DNA of 24,273 nucleotides from an archaeon (GTDB lineage Archaea > Iainarchaeota > Iainarchaeia > Iainarchaeales > CSSED10-239), in the NCBI GenBank assembly GCA_035387745.1, contig DAOOON010000005.1, positions 14,414 to 38,686 of the forward strand, in the 5' to 3' direction. This document shows positions 24,240 through 24,273 of this stretch, piece after piece. The position numbers and the translations under genes are program-made. How positions within the stretch are numbered: the stretch's first letter is position 1; the number at the start of each line of letters is the position of its first letter. Below the pieces are notes generated by a model. It had not been told where the DNA came from. It saw only the letters and a list, made by a program, of their open reading frames with translations, and did not search any database.

Positions 24240-24273
24240 ACTGGGGATCTACCGGTCACTGCCTTTTTCTGTC

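Noticed and set aside
24229-24245. Plus-strand reading of the att hairpin as an anticodon arm (CCCAG-ATTCGGA-CTGGG; U33, anticodon TCG, purine 37), i.e. tRNA-Arg
   Set aside because: Neither the local sequence nor the reconstructed pre-integration site gives a D-arm or acceptor upstream. No T-arm (TTCRA loop) follows downstream in 24246..24273.
1-24273. Alternative genetic code (stop-codon reassignment)
   Set aside because: Long uninterrupted ORFs with conserved motifs are obtained with the standard code. No adjacent same-frame ORF pairs are separated by a single stop.

Overview
Strongly AT-rich, gene-dense prokaryotic DNA. Most genes have Shine-Dalgarno-like GGAGG/GGTG motifs, and oligo-T tracts follow many of them. 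No rRNA genes or CRISPR arrays were seen, and no complete tRNA gene was seen.

The window splits into two parts.

(1) 1..13386 looks like ordinary chromosome. It holds a 5'-truncated surface protein, class II lysyl-tRNA synthetase, a thioredoxin-like protein plus an ornithine/DAP-type PLP decarboxylase, a run of small membrane proteins (DUF1003-like, DUF378-like), a GNAT-like acetyltransferase, a DEAD-box helicase, a histidine-phosphatase-like protein and a HicAB toxin-antitoxin pair.

(2) 13387..24239 is a ~10.85 kb integrated mobile element bounded by a perfect 21-bp direct repeat (ATTCCCTCCTCCCAGATTCGG).

The most notable observation is that the element's tyrosine-recombinase gene appears to be split by its own integration:
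- A 40-codon ORF with a good SD and ATG reads out of the left end through the left repeat copy.
- The catalytic ORF at the right end has no ATG and stays open upstream through the right repeat copy in the same codon phase.
- Circularisation would therefore rebuild one 361-aa integrase gene.
- This is the behaviour established for SSV-type archaeal integrases, and it argues for an archaeal host, possibly DPANN-like. That host assignment is inference only.

Element cargo:
- a plus-strand operon with a DUF3631-like P-loop ATPase;
- two overlapping paralogous 4-Cys proteins;
- a four-helix-bundle (23S rRNA IVS/Avd-like) protein;
- a fused nuclease-methyltransferase-specificity restriction-modification enzyme, with a divergent wHTH regulator and a candidate operator;
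- a tightly coupled three-gene cassette of small orphan proteins (one HEPN-like, one resembling a degenerate minimal nucleotidyltransferase);
- two larger orphan proteins.

The three-gene cassette and the 338-aa orphan are the best candidates for an undescribed defence or addiction system. All functional calls come from motif recognition by eye; no database search was run.
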